Counted from the first letter of the stretch, positions 48,101 through 58,262 are shown. The stretch: DNA of 64,000 nucleotides from a virus (IMGVR_UViG_3300026484_000002:1-64000); one strand, 5' to 3'. Made by a program: numbers and translations. The notes: generated by a model not told the origin, from the letters alone.

Positions 48101-49782
48101 AAAAAATAAAAAAAGAAAACGAGTTCTTGCATAGTATTCTTCATTATGCAACCAATCCTGTAGAATTGGAATCTATAGTATCTGACATTGGTTCTAATCA
48201 ATCTGATAAAAATGCTCCTGATGATTTTTTTGATGCTTCAAAAGGAGAACCTAGAAGCAACCATGCTTTAGAATCTGAAGAAGGAATAAATACTAATTTT
48301 GAAAATAAAAAAACACATATACTAAATAATACTGAAGATACTTCTGAAACACAAAACACTATAGAGAATAAAATCACAGAACTAAATGACTTATTAGGCA
48401 ATAAACAACACGAGAACTTCAGTAAACAGCTAGAAGAAACCATTGAATCAATTCCTTCTTTTTCAACTGATATACTAAACCAACTAAAAGATACAAGAGG
48501 ACTTAAAAGTTATGTTACAAATGTAAAAAATGGTATAAACCTTATGCCAAAGCTTTTAACACGACTCACAAAAGAACCAAATGAGCAAGGTACTCCTACT
48601 TGGAACGCCAGAGCTTATAGAGCAGTTACTGCATTAGAAAAGTATGCCAAGGCTGCTAATAAAATAATAGAAAGTGAAGCATATCAAAAAATACAACAAA
48701 ATGCTTTTCAGGAAAAGTTGCCCAATATAGAACAGACAGCATCTAATACTAACACTAGTATGAATGAAGTTTCTTTTGACGCAGATGAAGCTCCTTTTGA
48801 TATTTCTAATATTGATATAAACACAGAACCAAAAGAAAACAATAATATTAGTACGCAAAACAACACAGTTGAGATTGGATCCAATGAAACAAAAAAAGAA
48901 ATTGGATCAAACGAGACAACAGATAGTAAACTTAACGAAACAAGCAATAACAAAGATTCCAAAGAAGAAGTAGAAACAACTCCTAAAATGGATAGTACTG
49001 GATCCAATGACTATAAAATTCCAGATATGGAAACAAAACAATCAAGTGAGGCATCATTAAGTAATGAAGCACCATCAAATGTTGTCAGTAAAGTAAAAGA
49101 ACAACAGCAACCCAATAAACAAACCAAACAAGCTGAGCAGCCAAGTAAAGAAAAGGTTGAATCAAATAACAAATCTAATAAAGAAGCAAATAATAAAGAA
49201 GTAAAAGAAGTAAATGATAAAGAAGAATCAAAGAACGTCAAAACAGTAGATAACCATGGTCCGATTGAAAGAAAAAACAAATCTGATACTTTTTACAAAA
49301 ATGATACAACATATAAAGATCCTATAAAACAGAAGGAAAAACAATTAGTAAATAGTGTTGTCGGTAAATTGCAGACAATATTGAATAACTACGAAAAGAA
49401 ATACAAAGAAGTAGAAACTACTTTAGGCACCGACATTAAAACAATAAAAGCAGAAAGAGCTAAGCGTACTAAATCACTAAAAGAATTTACTGGAATTAAA
49501 GATATTGCATCTAGAGGAAAAGTTAAAAAGAAATATTTTTACGAAGACTTAAGTATAACTATTGAAGACTTATTAGAAGATATAGATGAGAATAGTTATC
49601 TTGGAAAAAATATAATAGAAGAAGTAAATAAAATTCGACCTAATAGTAAAATAGGTATTGAAATACTTGAAAATAATAGTATCTCTAAAACAATAGAAGA
49701 ATCACTAACTAATATGCTTGATAAAGAGATCATAAGTGAAGATGTGATAAACTCTCTAGAAGAAATAACAGGATGTAACTAA
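45157..49782 (+). CDS. virion RNAP locus part 1 (N-terminal ejection/membrane region)
   Basis: 1541 aa; Ala/Gly-rich amphipathic region with ELPAEYIQSG; long disordered linker; precedes the polymerase domain. Confidence 0.7.
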   Translation: MANYPDDFTKNTNNVLDQFSQLTDTYNTAVDVIGSVPTSTNKINHLQQKKQQKIDRLNPDATLDLYNNMDIYTNEYGITKDSLNSYTPEQLQEMLGSSVNDKVYYDDKEIGPYQMKQDAEGEWNKTPFSGTTQHVYVAPSKDGNMKLGLAGVGFRERYTPGLAAKEGLTTNKNYGWAPGEKGVDPTKEPYLDIALPYDEASRLEFLTHSNKGQIANRAGGASVADYIKNVKPNVYGKGASEYTTQNAPMWNINSSNTDLPEQVVTPHIPKFLGDTSTPRSKAIGVIHDNAEYEGEPLLGQFADGVARNARGFAGGVARVIGDTAKLANDLETRAIYESAKRLYDFNEKDANELADRFQFLTKEKLDTMENAIAGEDFVTATADDTKKMEEHQKKAFKDVTWSDPSSYGKVNLPEAYNMFKTGLSSPEMTFKSLGYMLGNLIGLPEKAAIKMAGKGTLKALEYNAKKDVAKEMLSKAAKTDKLIAAGKITTEDAVKKGMTLLDPAKKAMYEKTIQLSDRALSKIPIKNKFNAFVAKNANILHLGAVTNEQDMDDYYEKHGERASLQHALLGFAANAVGAKIDLWADKTALMGTKEGFSALIKKAGKTRAQKMLTGVISGAAKMAEGGIAELPAEYIQSGIQAFNNTYKDDNAAEALTKAFHDATQGAAFGAASGIHMAGPSAGSNIITNTFTETDSDKSYENKITSDTEPTNATSDEQAQDLALDKLYTHLHEKGEPLSEEDKPLAHASVERHLNNTLQSLALAEENINAEIAKENPDTEFIGSLEKEKENLEDKISILLDMRNHTAEDGVIYNNRPIKEIDNDLTQTIEQLNNEPKDPKLIKKKRQLLLEKYIASHPLAKKANENGEDTEDSEATFDTVLSQKLYGGVTKDGYRTGIVNMVTPLFDDSISEHGKRAVKNNIERFLESQSAKEKAIEAAKTKFEEQGKDAEENPTPVIARYFTPTGTEATFEYRGIASEKTLEKIKKENEFLHSILHYATNPVELESIVSDIGSNQSDKNAPDDFFDASKGEPRSNHALESEEGINTNFENKKTHILNNTEDTSETQNTIENKITELNDLLGNKQHENFSKQLEETIESIPSFSTDILNQLKDTRGLKSYVTNVKNGINLMPKLLTRLTKEPNEQGTPTWNARAYRAVTALEKYAKAANKIIESEAYQKIQQNAFQEKLPNIEQTASNTNTSMNEVSFDADEAPFDISNIDINTEPKENNNISTQNNTVEIGSNETKKEIGSNETTDSKLNETSNNKDSKEEVETTPKMDSTGSNDYKIPDMETKQSSEASLSNEAPSNVVSKVKEQQQPNKQTKQAEQPSKEKVESNNKSNKEANNKEVKEVNDKEESKNVKTVDNHGPIERKNKSDTFYKNDTTYKDPIKQKEKQLVNSVVGKLQTILNNYEKKYKEVETTLGTDIKTIKAERAKRTKSLKEFTGIKDIASRGKVKKKYFYEDLSITIEDLLEDIDENSYLGKNIIEEVNKIRPNSKIGIEILENNSISKTIEESLTNMLDKEIISEDVINSLEEITGCN

Positions 49783-52700
49783 TGAGTTGTAATATAAAAG
49801 CAGGACATATAATAGAAGGTATAGGAAAATATTTAAAAGATGGTGATAATGCTACAGCAAATAAGTTGCAAAATGCATTAAGAGATACTACAAATTTATC
49901 TACTCACTTTACTATCGACTTTAAAAGTAAAAGTAAGTTAGATGATTATTCTAAAGAATATGACAGTAATAGCAACAACCTTACTACTACAGAACTTCAC
50001 ATAAACAATTCAATAAGTAATTTCATTGAAAAAGCTGTGGATCTAATTCCTAGTGTGGATAAAACGCTTCCATCTATTGAAGGTGAAATTTCACAAGGAT
50101 GGCAAAGTGTTATCTCTTATTTTATTCGACCTGAAACAATAAAATCAACAGATAAATATGGAACTACAAAAGAAAAAATTATTACTAGACTTGATCCTGA
50201 TGTTCAAAGAGCAGTATCTTTAGTTACTTCTGAATGGTTAAACAATGATGCATTAACAGGCATTTCTGAACTAAGAGGTGATGATGGAGTTAGAGCTCTG
50301 CTTGGTATGGGGACAAAAGATATCGTTACTAAAACTGAAAGAGATGCTGTAAGAGATATTGACGGTTATGTTGGTGAAGCTGCTAGGCAAATGGGTAATA
50401 AAATCTACAGCATGTTAGGCATAAGAGCAAAAGCAAATTCTCCACAAATAAATAATAAACTGATTGAAAATACATTAAAAGTAGAATTAGGTTTGTTGGC
50501 TCTAAAAACATTGGAATACAATGGAGATATATCATTGAGCAAAAAAGACATTATACTGAACGAAGAAGTTATTAGATCCCAAGTGTCAGTATATCAATTC
50601 AACAATAAACATAATAACAACATTAATCTAAATACTCCTAATGGGGTTCTTCCTTTGTCAATAAATGACAAATATAATGATATCAAATTTAGTAAAATAT
50701 TTACTGATAAGGTAAATGAAGTAATCAACAATAAAAGAATTGCAGGGATTTATACTGATCCAAAAGAAGCAATACCATCTTATGATGAAATAAAAAATAA
50801 TGGTGTAACTGGAATACTAGGTAATATAGTCAGTGAGGCACATAAGAATGCTGTACAAAATTCTAGTAGTACCGCCTATGAATTTAAACATGGGTTTATT
50901 AAAGGTGTAGAGTATGTAGAAAAAGCCCTTAAAAAAGCTATGGGGTATAAAGATGAAGCTAAAACTACCAAAGGACTAAGAGAAGCCACTAGAGGTAAAA
51001 ATTTAGCCATAGATATGCAGTATGATAATTTAATGAATGCATATAATACTGTAGGTTTGAGCAAAAAAATGTATGCTAAATGGGAAGTTATTACTAATAA
51101 TAGATTTATGATTGATAGCAACCAACTTAATTGGCAAGATAAAAAAATGCATAGACAAAGTGTATTTTTTGAACCTGTTGTGGTTACTGAAGAAAATAAA
51201 AATGATTTCTATATGATGTTAGGTCAATCTTTTGATTTAGATATAGATAAACATTCTCCTGATGTGGTCAATAAAGCTGTTGAAGATTTGTTTAAGGATA
51301 TTGAAAAAAATACAAAATTATCAGTTACTAAAAGAACTAAAAAAAGTTTAGACTCTTATTATAATAGTAAAGATTACAAAAAAGATATTGAAACATTATT
51401 TAAATACATAGTTGATAATTACAACAGTAGTGAGCCTGAACATGCATTAAGTGGTGCAGTTGAGCTTCTGGGTTGGATGCACGAAACTAAAGCAAGTAGA
51501 CCATATACTACTCAATCTATGATAGAGACTGATGCTATTACTTCTGGATATGCAATCAAAGGCTTGATGTTTCCATTTCATGATAATAAAGAAGAAATTA
51601 ACTGGAGTGAATTTGAACGCACAGGAATATTTACTGCTGATGCAGAAATTACTGATTATGGAGAATGGAAAGATAATGAAGACAATAAAGATTCTTATGA
51701 AGTTCCAGCAGAAATGCTTACTGAAAAATTACAAGCATTATACACAGAAGATAATACAAAAGAAATTTCAGACATTATAAAATTAATTGACAAGAAAGCT
51801 AAATTTGATAAAGATGGAGAACTAGTCTCTATATCTCGTAACTTTATGAAGAATCCTTTTATGGTTCTAAACTATGGTAGTGCTATTAAATCTATCATTA
51901 GAGCTGTTAGTAAACATGCTGAAGATGAGTTCTATCAAACTTTAGATGCACTTTTCAACAGTAAAGAAAATAGCAATAGAAAAGAACTACAAACTAGTGT
52001 TTTAAATGCAATAGCAACTATAGCTAAAAGAATGAATCCTATCTTTGATGTAGATGGTGAAATTATAGGATTTGATAGAACCAAAGCTAATTCTACATAT
52101 AAATCTATTATCAATAGATTTAAACACGAAGGCTTAGAATTTGAACTTACTTCACAAGAAGCTACAGCTCTAAGAGAAAGCATATCAGATTTTATAGGAG
52201 AACCACTAACAAAAACATTTAAAGAAAAATATGGTAGATTTATAGAATTAACTACAACAATTAATGAATCTATGGTTGCTCAATTTAGAATAGCAAATGA
52301 AGTAATTGAAAAAGAAATAGAAAAACTTCACCAAGAAAAATTAAAAGATGCTAGTGGTAATGAAAAACTTGTAACTCCTATGACTGATAAAGAGTATCAA
52401 GAAATAGTACAAAGTGTAGCCAATATTCTGCCTGTTGTAAATACAGCATTGGATCTGGTTGAAGGTGGTAAAGCTCCATTATTGATAGCAGAATTAAAAG
52501 CTATAGATAATAGAGAAGTATGGGGAAATACTAGTACTAGTGGTTATGTCCGCAGCAAGTTCACTAAAAACACAAAAGAGTCAGATGTTTATATTAATAG
52601 TGCTCCTGCACAAGTTAAGAGATTATTAGAAGCATATTCTTCTGGTTCTGTAATACCTATTCATTTCTTTGATGGTAGTATTCAAGCCAAATTATTAGCT

Positions 52701-53279
52701 AAGCTAAAAGCTCTTGGAGTACATGATGCCAACTTCTCTCCTATAAATATGACTATAGAAGTAACTAAAGCGTATAATGAAATATTTTGGGAATTAGCTA
52801 GAGAATATAGTTTAGCAAAAGAAATTAGAGAAAGTTATTTAAATAGCTTAACCGCATTAGATGATGATATTGTTACAGCATTAAACAGTAAATACTCAGA
52901 AACATTGAAGGATAGTTCTAAGATCCCATATACAAAGACTTTAAGTAAATTAAACAAGCAATTAGAAAATGTACATATAGAAGCTGAAAATAAAAGAGAG
53001 AAGATATTTACTACTCCTGTAGTAGTTAATCAAGCTTATTATAACAATGGCACTGAAAGTGCAGCATATATACCTAATAAAAATGAATACACTAAACAAA
53101 CTATAGATGAAGATCTTGTAAACAATGCTGCTGACAAATTAAAACGATATAATAATATATCACTTGAAAATAATGCTGATATACCAACTGATATGACGCA
53201 AACGCAAGCTTTGATTAGTGATAAAGATGCTAAAATAGCTATAAATAATGTTATAGAAAATAATAATAAGGAATGTTAA
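49782..53279 (+). CDS. virion RNAP locus part 2: catalytic polymerase (mini-vRNAP equivalent)
   Basis: NWQDKKMHR, motif A IETDAITSG, motif B RNFMKNPFMVLNYGS, IHFFDG, motif C VHDA. Confidence 0.88.
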   Translation: MSCNIKAGHIIEGIGKYLKDGDNATANKLQNALRDTTNLSTHFTIDFKSKSKLDDYSKEYDSNSNNLTTTELHINNSISNFIEKAVDLIPSVDKTLPSIEGEISQGWQSVISYFIRPETIKSTDKYGTTKEKIITRLDPDVQRAVSLVTSEWLNNDALTGISELRGDDGVRALLGMGTKDIVTKTERDAVRDIDGYVGEAARQMGNKIYSMLGIRAKANSPQINNKLIENTLKVELGLLALKTLEYNGDISLSKKDIILNEEVIRSQVSVYQFNNKHNNNINLNTPNGVLPLSINDKYNDIKFSKIFTDKVNEVINNKRIAGIYTDPKEAIPSYDEIKNNGVTGILGNIVSEAHKNAVQNSSSTAYEFKHGFIKGVEYVEKALKKAMGYKDEAKTTKGLREATRGKNLAIDMQYDNLMNAYNTVGLSKKMYAKWEVITNNRFMIDSNQLNWQDKKMHRQSVFFEPVVVTEENKNDFYMMLGQSFDLDIDKHSPDVVNKAVEDLFKDIEKNTKLSVTKRTKKSLDSYYNSKDYKKDIETLFKYIVDNYNSSEPEHALSGAVELLGWMHETKASRPYTTQSMIETDAITSGYAIKGLMFPFHDNKEEINWSEFERTGIFTADAEITDYGEWKDNEDNKDSYEVPAEMLTEKLQALYTEDNTKEISDIIKLIDKKAKFDKDGELVSISRNFMKNPFMVLNYGSAIKSIIRAVSKHAEDEFYQTLDALFNSKENSNRKELQTSVLNAIATIAKRMNPIFDVDGEIIGFDRTKANSTYKSIINRFKHEGLEFELTSQEATALRESISDFIGEPLTKTFKEKYGRFIELTTTINESMVAQFRIANEVIEKEIEKLHQEKLKDASGNEKLVTPMTDKEYQEIVQSVANILPVVNTALDLVEGGKAPLLIAELKAIDNREVWGNTSTSGYVRSKFTKNTKESDVYINSAPAQVKRLLEAYSSGSVIPIHFFDGSIQAKLLAKLKALGVHDANFSPINMTIEVTKAYNEIFWELAREYSLAKEIRESYLNSLTALDDDIVTALNSKYSETLKDSSKIPYTKTLSKLNKQLENVHIEAENKREKIFTTPVVVNQAYYNNGTESAAYIPNKNEYTKQTIDEDLVNNAADKLKRYNNISLENNADIPTDMTQTQALISDKDAKIAINNVIENNNKEC

Positions 53280-56200
53280 ATGAAATGTACTATATACGCT
53301 TTAGGTGAATACCTTGATGAGAAAGAAGATCTGCCAAAAGTCATAAAAGAATTAAGAAAATTAGATAAGTCAGATAAGTATTTTCCTGACAGTGAATACA
53401 AAAATTTAGCAAAACAAGCAATATTGGATCACAACCAAGCTTATCAGCTTATGGAAGATCTTGATGGTAGATTTAGATATGAATACGAGAACCAATACCA
53501 TGTTGTAGATATTAAAAATATAGATATAAATAACAATAAAAATGAATTAAATATAGTTCTAGCAGATAATACTACTATCAAATATAAGATAGATAATAAA
53601 AACCTAAAAGCTATTAATCATCCTTTTTATTCAAGAGATCTTGAGTTGCAATGGAATGATGTTGTTAGCTCACCTATTGAGCTTTTATTTAATGGGGTTG
53701 ATGCAAAAAGTAAAAATCTAGATAATATTATAGAAGGAAAAGAACTCCTTGATGGTAATATTGAGGCAATTCAAACAGAGTTAAGTAAGTTAGATAGAAT
53801 AGCTCCTAACAGTTCATGGGATCAAGCTCATAGCAATCATTTAAAAGAAGTAATAAGTCGCATAAGTAGATCTGCTGACGAATTAAAAACAGTACAGATA
53901 AAAGTAACTAAAAATTTAGTTGAAAATCTAAAAGAACCATTGGGTAGCTATAATACAAAAAGTAGAACTATCCAAGTTGCTACAGCAGAAGCAATGACTA
54001 AATTTGGAATGAGCAATGAAGAAACATTGGCTCATGAATATCTTCATGCAGTATTAGATATTTTATTCAATAAGCAATTAGGTGTTATGGGTGAAGATAT
54101 AAAAAATGATTTACGAAAATTATATGTACAAGCTAAAAAGAATATAACCTGGAAAGATTTAATGCCTGCTAATGAACTACACAGTAAAGCAGCAGAAAAT
54201 AAAGCTAAAGAAATATACGATTATATTTTTATTGGTAAAATTGGAGATAATAGTGTTGAAGATGCAGAAGTAAGATTAATGGAATTTCTAGTTTATGGTA
54301 TGACCAATAAAGAGTTAAAATCAGCCATAGATAAAATATCATTAAAAGTCAAACCTGTGAAAGCTAAGTCTTCTGGTTTATCTGGCATCTTTGAATATTT
54401 AATGGAAAAATTACAAGATTTAGTTTTTAAAATTAAAACCAAAACAAATAGAAGTGATAATGTAGGGTCAGAACTTACAAGATTGGTTTATAAGCTTGGA
54501 ACAATAAATAAAATGTATGCTAAAACTATTGAGAACAATAAAAACTTACCATTAGATGAAAAAATATTCTCATCTGTAGATAAGGTTTTTAGTAAAATGG
54601 ATAAAGAATTAGGCAAAAAAGTTGAGTCTATAACTAATGATTTTCTAAATGAAAAAGATGGTGATAAAATCTACACCAACGATTTAATAACTCAAGTTAA
54701 AATGCTCAGTAAAGAACTCACAGAAGCTTATAACAAAGGCAAAATTATAAAAACTGCATGGTTATCCATTAAAGGTATATTTGTCATTATGAAAGCTTAT
54801 AGATTATCTAAACAAAGTAAAAATGAAAATATTCAACGATTGTATAAAGAGTTGGATCGTTTACTTCGTAGGATGGATGAATTTGCTGGTAAGTTTATAT
54901 CTGATCTTCTCAGGGATTTCAAAGAGGGAAGAAAGACATTGGTTCAATTAGGTGACATAACTATGCAATTTAAAACCCAATTAGATCGTGTTAAAGACAT
55001 GTATTATAAAGGAACACTTAATGATATTTTTTCTGGTTTTACTAAAGTGGATCTCACTCACGAAAGACATAAAAAACTTAACCAATCTTTAACAAATGTT
55101 ATATTACGTACAGATGTACAAAGTTTCACTACCGATGTTAATGAACTTAAAAAATACATAACAGATGATAAAAAATTATCTAACACTATAAAAGAATTAG
55201 AAGATGAATTAAGTCAAGCTATGTTTAATAGCAAAACATCTACATTAAATGTAGGTCCATGGGTTGTTAATGAATGTAAAGAATTAGCTTCTTATATGAT
55301 ATCTAGAAAAGGAAAAAGAAATAATGCAACTAATATATCACATTTATTTGGAACCACAGAAAGTGTACCTTTAGATGAAAGCTTAAATGGACTATGGAAT
55401 ATTCAAAATATAGAAGAAAAAATAGATAAACTTACTAGCCTTTATGCTCTAAAAAACACAAGTATAGAAAGTAAAAAAGCATTAATTGAATTAATTGATT
55501 TAGATAAAAATGGAGTTCAGAATTATTTAGAAATAACTAGAGGAATGGTTGCTTCAACAAAAGAAGATTGGTTCGTAACTGGATCTTTATCTGAAATGGT
55601 AAAAGGACAAATACATGAAACTCACAATAAAGATAAAGAATTAGTTTTCGCTCCTTTAAATGAAACAAATGCAATGTTAGAAGCTGGTTATTCTTTGGTT
55701 AGGAAATTAGACAAAGATGCTGGAGATATTGATATTAAAAATTATGGTTTATTTGTAACTAACACAAAAGGAGTTACAAAAAGAGTTGATGGAGCACTGG
55801 GTCTTCAAAGAATAAAAATTCCAGGACTATTGCTAAGTCAAAAAATTATGATGTCAAATAAACATTTAACTGGAAAATCTTTAGGAAGAAAAATTAGAAA
55901 TGCTATAAACAATGCTAGAGTAAATGGAACAGATGGAAAAATGTATCCAGTTTATAATGATTTAGGAAATATAATTGATTACAGATATGAATTTACATTA
56001 GATGAGGCAGAGCAATATATGGATTTGGAAACTAGAGGTTCTGAAAATTTAGCTAGAAGTTTTGGTCAAAAAAGTTCACAAATTATTACTGATGAACACA
56101 ATAAAGAATTAATAGATTTAATTATGGAAGATTCTAAAAAAATAACTAATGAAAACAAAGATCAATTCTTGCGTGTTCATGCAGTTGAAAATACTGATGT

Positions 56201-57371
56201 AAACAGTGGATCCAAGATTGATACTTTAAATGCTATGACTGAAGGTGAAGAACTATGGGGATTGCTACCAGCAGATGCTAGAAAATATATTATTGAAAAA
56301 AATATTGAAAATCTTAATGATCCAGATAACATTCCTAAAAAAGAAATTTATATCAGTAAAGATTTATTAAAACAGTTGTTTGGTTATGATGAATTAAGTA
56401 TTGCAGATAGTAAATTGTTTAAAAAAATGGATGTTAAAAATAAAAATAGAATTAGAATGATAGAAGCTTGGTGGATGGATTTAATGCAAATTGCAAAAAG
56501 TATGGTAGTTGTTAAAATGCCTAGTACTATTATAGGAAATATTTTAAGTAATGCTAAATTCTTTATGTTCTCAGGAGTATCTCCTAGAAAGGCTATACAA
56601 TACTTATTGTTAAGTAAAAAAAGTTTGGATAAATGGAAAAAGAATGAAAAAGCTAGACGTGATTTAGAAAGAAAAATTGATATAGCTACCGGATCTAAAA
56701 AAGAACAATTATTGAAACAATTAGCAGATTTAGCTTTAGAATTAAAAGATAATCCTATTATGCCATTAATTGAAGCTGGGTTATATCAAACTATTGCAGA
56801 AGATATTGACACAGAAGATTCAACTAATAGAGTTGTTCAATTATTAGATAAAACATTAGATCCAATTTATAGTAGCAATAAAACTATTGAAGATATTATT
56901 AATACAGTATTTCTTACTAAGAAAAGTACATTAGGTCAAGGATTATTACATATAATGCAAGAAAGTGACTTTCATTTTAGATCAGCTATATATTGGGATG
57001 GTATTGAAAAAGGAATAAGTAAAGATAAGATGTTGAGAGATGTTACAGATAAATTTATTAACTATAGTCGTGTAACTAATAGTCGTTTAATTCATTGGTT
57101 GGATAGAATGGGACCAGAAGCTTTTTGGAAATATTTTGCAAATATACAAAGAGTAAATTGGAGTTTAATGAAGAAAAATAGTACTAAAGTAATTTTAGAT
57201 ACTACAATAAAAGAAACTGGAGTTCCTTTGTGGTCAAATGATGTATTAGATAGTTCTATTATTTATCAATTTGGTAGAAGATTTAACCCATTAAATTGGA
57301 TCAATAATACAGAAGGATTGTTAAATGCAACAGTTGATGTGCCTATTACACATTTGATTGATGGATATTAA
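53280..57371 (+). CDS. virion RNAP locus part 3 (C-terminal region, zincin-like motif)
   Basis: 1363 aa; LAHEYLHA plus downstream EFLVYGMTN; C-terminal FINY...LDRMG...FWKY. Confidence 0.75.
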   Translation: MKCTIYALGEYLDEKEDLPKVIKELRKLDKSDKYFPDSEYKNLAKQAILDHNQAYQLMEDLDGRFRYEYENQYHVVDIKNIDINNNKNELNIVLADNTTIKYKIDNKNLKAINHPFYSRDLELQWNDVVSSPIELLFNGVDAKSKNLDNIIEGKELLDGNIEAIQTELSKLDRIAPNSSWDQAHSNHLKEVISRISRSADELKTVQIKVTKNLVENLKEPLGSYNTKSRTIQVATAEAMTKFGMSNEETLAHEYLHAVLDILFNKQLGVMGEDIKNDLRKLYVQAKKNITWKDLMPANELHSKAAENKAKEIYDYIFIGKIGDNSVEDAEVRLMEFLVYGMTNKELKSAIDKISLKVKPVKAKSSGLSGIFEYLMEKLQDLVFKIKTKTNRSDNVGSELTRLVYKLGTINKMYAKTIENNKNLPLDEKIFSSVDKVFSKMDKELGKKVESITNDFLNEKDGDKIYTNDLITQVKMLSKELTEAYNKGKIIKTAWLSIKGIFVIMKAYRLSKQSKNENIQRLYKELDRLLRRMDEFAGKFISDLLRDFKEGRKTLVQLGDITMQFKTQLDRVKDMYYKGTLNDIFSGFTKVDLTHERHKKLNQSLTNVILRTDVQSFTTDVNELKKYITDDKKLSNTIKELEDELSQAMFNSKTSTLNVGPWVVNECKELASYMISRKGKRNNATNISHLFGTTESVPLDESLNGLWNIQNIEEKIDKLTSLYALKNTSIESKKALIELIDLDKNGVQNYLEITRGMVASTKEDWFVTGSLSEMVKGQIHETHNKDKELVFAPLNETNAMLEAGYSLVRKLDKDAGDIDIKNYGLFVTNTKGVTKRVDGALGLQRIKIPGLLLSQKIMMSNKHLTGKSLGRKIRNAINNARVNGTDGKMYPVYNDLGNIIDYRYEFTLDEAEQYMDLETRGSENLARSFGQKSSQIITDEHNKELIDLIMEDSKKITNENKDQFLRVHAVENTDVNSGSKIDTLNAMTEGEELWGLLPADARKYIIEKNIENLNDPDNIPKKEIYISKDLLKQLFGYDELSIADSKLFKKMDVKNKNRIRMIEAWWMDLMQIAKSMVVVKMPSTIIGNILSNAKFFMFSGVSPRKAIQYLLLSKKSLDKWKKNEKARRDLERKIDIATGSKKEQLLKQLADLALELKDNPIMPLIEAGLYQTIAEDIDTEDSTNRVVQLLDKTLDPIYSSNKTIEDIINTVFLTKKSTLGQGLLHIMQESDFHFRSAIYWDGIEKGISKDKMLRDVTDKFINYSRVTNSRLIHWLDRMGPEAFWKYFANIQRVNWSLMKKNSTKVILDTTIKETGVPLWSNDVLDSSIIYQFGRRFNPLNWINNTEGLLNATVDVPITHLIDGY

Positions 57372-57382
57372 TTTTTTTTTTA

Positions 57383-57457
57383 TGGTTGGCAGACAGAGAA
57401 TCGAACTCTGATTAAGTCGTTATGAGCGACTGGCTCTAACCATTGAGCTACCTGTCA
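57383..57457 (-). tRNA. tRNA with CAT anticodon (Met or Ile2)
   Basis: TAGCTCAATGGTTAGAGC D-arm, AGTCG-CTCATAA-CGACT, CAGAG-TTCGATT-CTCTG, CCA. Confidence 0.9.
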
Positions 57458-57508
57458 GAGTACTATAGCTAAACATATAAACAGAGGTTTAGCTATAAAA
57501 TTATTAAA

Positions 57509-57898
57509 TTATTTTCTTATTTTGCAAGTACTAAAATCTGCTTTATATAATGTAGCTGGATCTTGTGTTTTATCTTTTTCCCATTTTTCTACATCTTGTA
57601 GTTTTGGATCTTTTTTCCATCTATCATACTGTTCTTTAGATTGATTTCGTGATTTAATCTCTTTTACAACTTGTTTAAGAGTTAATTCTGGATTATACCC
57701 ATGTTGTGTAATAAATCCTCCCAGAACTACAATAGTATCATTGGCTCCATCTATAGCTTCATTTATATCATTATTCTTGATACCTTCAAACATTTCATCT
57801 ACTTCTTCATAAAATGTTTTTTTAAATTTTTCTAAATCAAAATTTTTGCCATATCTGGTAAGATTTAAATTCATTATATCTACTAACGGTTTACTCAT
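57509..57898 (-). CDS. MazG-like nucleotide pyrophosphohydrolase
   Basis: EEVDE...EAIDGAND acidic motifs of the all-alpha NTP-PPase fold. Confidence 0.75.
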   Translation of the reverse strand: MSKPLVDIMNLNLTRYGKNFDLEKFKKTFYEEVDEMFEGIKNNDINEAIDGANDTIVVLGGFITQHGYNPELTLKQVVKEIKSRNQSKEQYDRWKKDPKLQDVEKWEKDKTQDPATLYKADFSTCKIRK

Positions 57899-57911
57899 AT
57901 TTTACCTTTAT

Positions 57912-58121
57912 TTATTTATTTTGTGTTAATTTTGATTCTATCATAAACATTAACGTCATCATATCAAAAGAATCATAAGAATTATTTTTAGATGTAGGTT
58001 TTATTTTCATAGCTGCTACTTTATTTGAATAAACTTTAATATTACCTTTTTTTGTAATTTTTAAATAAAATTGATCATCAATTTTTTCATTTATATATTT
58101 AACTATTTTTTTTAATTTCAT
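57912..58121 (-). CDS. hypothetical protein
   Basis: 69 aa, GAGGA SD. Confidence 0.6.
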   Translation of the reverse strand: MKLKKIVKYINEKIDDQFYLKITKKGNIKVYSNKVAAMKIKPTSKNNSYDSFDMMTLMFMIESKLTQNK

Positions 58122-58262
58122 TTTATTTATCCTCGTATTTAAACTGTAACATACTTAAATATGCAATAATTCCAAGAATAGCATAATCTGTATGATGCGT
58201 CACTGCCATTCCTGCTGCTGTAGCCAATACTGTTATTAACAATGTATTTAATATTTTATTCA

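Noticed and set aside
48871-48920. Short duplication EIGSNET x2 in vRNAP part 1
   Set aside because: Ordinary slippage in a disordered linker
49770-53290. vRNAP split as a sequencing error or programmed frameshift
   Set aside because: Both junctions have a proper SD and ATG with stop/start coupling, no slippery run, and fall at domain boundaries
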